Assembly (NCBI GenBank): GCA_011109175.1
Contig: RDEW01000005.1
Location: 616,335 to 680,334, forward strand
DNA from: Dicyema japonicum
Lineage: Eukaryota; Animalia; Dicyemida
Direction: 5' to 3'
Length of the DNA: 64,000 nucleotides
Part shown: in pieces, positions 62,090 through 64,000 of the stretch
Position numbering within the stretch: position 1 is the first letter of the stretch
Layout of the letters: each line of letters starts with the position of its first letter
Position numbers and translations under genes: made by a program
The notes under the pieces: generated by a model
Databases searched by the model: none
The model's input: the letters and a program-made list of their open reading frames with translations, nothing else
What the model was told of the DNA's origin: nothing

Positions 62090-62410
62090 CGGTTCAGACA
62101 CCTGGAGCAGCTGCTTCGACCGTGGAAAACCTAAAAATCAAGAAATATTCTTGCCTAGGGGATCGCTACCGATTTACTCCTGTTGCGACCGAATCATCGG
62201 GAGCAGTTGGTCCAATGACGGCTGAGTTCTTGCGAGAACTCGGAGGATTGCTTGCCAGAAAGAAAAGGGATCAACGAGAAGGGTTATGGCTAAGACAAAA
62301 GATTGGAATAGCCATACTCCGAGGGAACTCGTTCGCAATCCACGCAGCAGACTTCCTCAACTGACATTTGTTTAATTGTTAAAAAAATATTTTAAATAAA
62401 AAAATAAAAA
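62090..62410 (+). mobile_element. Young CRE-clade 3' end with an open RLE C-terminus
   Basis: PGAAASTVENLKIKKYSCLGDRYRFTPVATESSGAVG...LRQKIGIAILRGN, followed by an A-rich tail. Confidence 0.85.
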
Positions 62411-62510
62411 AATAATATATATTGAAAATTTAATTGTAGAATATTTTACAACAAAAACTCATTTCTACATCAACATACTATTCGGAGAAATTTTATCATA
62501 ACTTTAGGTA

Positions 62511-64000
62511 CAGTCCGACCCCAAAATGGGGCAGATTCAGGGGTGGGGCACCCTCGATTTTGGGCACCTTTTTTCAAATCAACATTTTGGCAGAATAAAA
62601 TAAAAATCAATAAAAAATTATGGAAATTTTGGGGCATCGAAAAATCATTTATTAACAATTTTTGAGATAATAAAATTATAATAAATTAATTATTTTTTTT
62701 TTATTTTCAATTTTCATTTTGTTGTGGTTATGGATTACGAAACTAAATTGAAAATTGCTAAAGAAATTATGAGGAACAATTTATCTGAAAGGCAATTAAT
62801 CACAAAGTACAAGACAAGTAAAGGAACTATTTCAAGAATCAAACGAAATATTGTACCTTTCTTACACCGCGGCAATACTAGTTTTGAATTTTATGAGGCA
62901 TTTAAAGCCGATAAATAAAAATTTGATGATCAAGTTTTGAAGTATTTCAAAAACTTCGGGTGGATAAAATTCCGATTTCAGGCCCTATTTTGAAAAAAAT
63001 CGCCTTAGTTACCTTCAAAAATTGGATTTACTTATTTTAAAGCCTCCAATGGGTGGCTTGATAGATTTAAATTGCGACATGAGCTTCAATTCAAGTCAAT
63101 AGAAAAGGCCTCATGCGATTTATCTCACGTTAAAGATTTTGAAAAATTTGACGAGAAAGTATTAAAATATGGACCTCAAAATGTATTTAATTGCGATGAA
63201 ACCGCGCTTTTTACAAAAAGAACTCCCCAAAAATCATTTGTCGAAAAAGGCGAACAGTGTTTTGGCTATAAACAAGGAAAAGAAAGACTCACTGTTCTTC
63301 TATGCTGCAGTTTAATTGGAAAAAACTTGACCCATTGATTATTGGAAAGTATAAACAACCTCGGTGCCTAAAAAAATTTGATGTCCAAAATTTTGGGTTA
63401 TTGTATTCGTCTTCAAAAATGCATGGATGACTGGAAAGACTTTTATGAGTTGGCTTACACTAATAAATGAATTGTTTCGCAAAAACAACAGAAAAATATT
63501 ATTATTGCTTGACAATGCCATAAAACATTTGAAGGTTCAAATATCGAATTTTTATTTTTACCGAAAAATACAACGCCTTATTTACAACCATTGGATATGG
63601 GAATAATCAAGGCCTTTAAGAATTATTATTCAAGTTTCTTAATGGAATTTTTGTGTTTTCACGATGTCGAAAACGATTTTGCACATTTTATTGCAAAATA
63701 AACTTGCGTCATGATGATAATTTCGAAAGGTTGGGAGAAAATAGATGCGGCATGTATTGTTAATTGTTGGAGAGAATCGACAGGAACCGTGATTCTTATG
63801 CGACAGACTGTCTAACAGATCTACTTCTAAATCATGTTATAGACGAAACAATTGATGTAGAGTGCGAAGAGTCCGAAAATAATATCTATGGTGGTTATTC
63901 AGAAACGGAGAATATCGAAAATGTCGTAGAGGAAACAAAGGATCTGCTAAACAATTTGGAGGAAAAAATTTCACATGTGGCACCAAAATGCTGCGAGACT
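62511..64000 (+). mobile_element. pogo/Tigger-family DNA transposon, degraded transposase, right end not in window
   Basis: TA|CAGT... left end; CENP-B-type HTH; ASNGWLDRFKLRH; catalytic NCDET, LLLLDN and LQPLDMGII; KERLTVLLCC. Confidence 0.9.

Noticed and set aside
1-64000. Prokaryotic features (operons, CRISPR arrays, rRNA, prophage)
   Set aside because: Genes contain spliceosomal introns and eukaryotic TEs dominate. No regularly spaced repeat-spacer array or rRNA-like sequence was seen.

Overview
AT-rich eukaryotic nuclear DNA, not prokaryotic: there are no operons, rRNA genes or CRISPR arrays. The genome uses the standard genetic code and has ultra-short spliceosomal introns, mostly 21-30 nt, as in reduced parasites such as dicyemids; the taxon cannot be fixed from this window. 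Five host genes can be reconstructed by hand: an acid ceramidase (2312-3687 +), a small membrane protein (22227-22566 +), a SMAP-type ArfGAP (29227-30060 -), a Q/N/P-rich nuclear protein (38493-39939 -) and an ABCB6/HMT1-type half transporter (53097-55188 -). The rest is decayed gene copies, local segmental duplications (a 4.9-kb tandem duplication and a 13.3-19.6 kb patchwork) and transposons. The transposons include RTE, CRE, R4-like and 2A-bearing I/Ingi-like LINEs, two SINE-like families, three hAT derivatives, a pogo/Tigger element, a Ginger-like integrase and a foldback MITE. Three observations stand out. (1) The palindrome CACGTG occurs about 55 times by eye against roughly 5-6 expected, including inside exons, is absent from the large, recognisable transposons, and sits at some retro-insertion junctions. 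(2) The ArfGAP gene needs a U12-type AT-AC intron and a GA-AG intron to give an intact ORF. (3) A LINE carrying a 2A motif (DVETNPGP) is inserted as a 5'-inverted copy with an 11-bp TSD. All coordinates, counts and translations were done by eye, and fragment boundaries are approximate.
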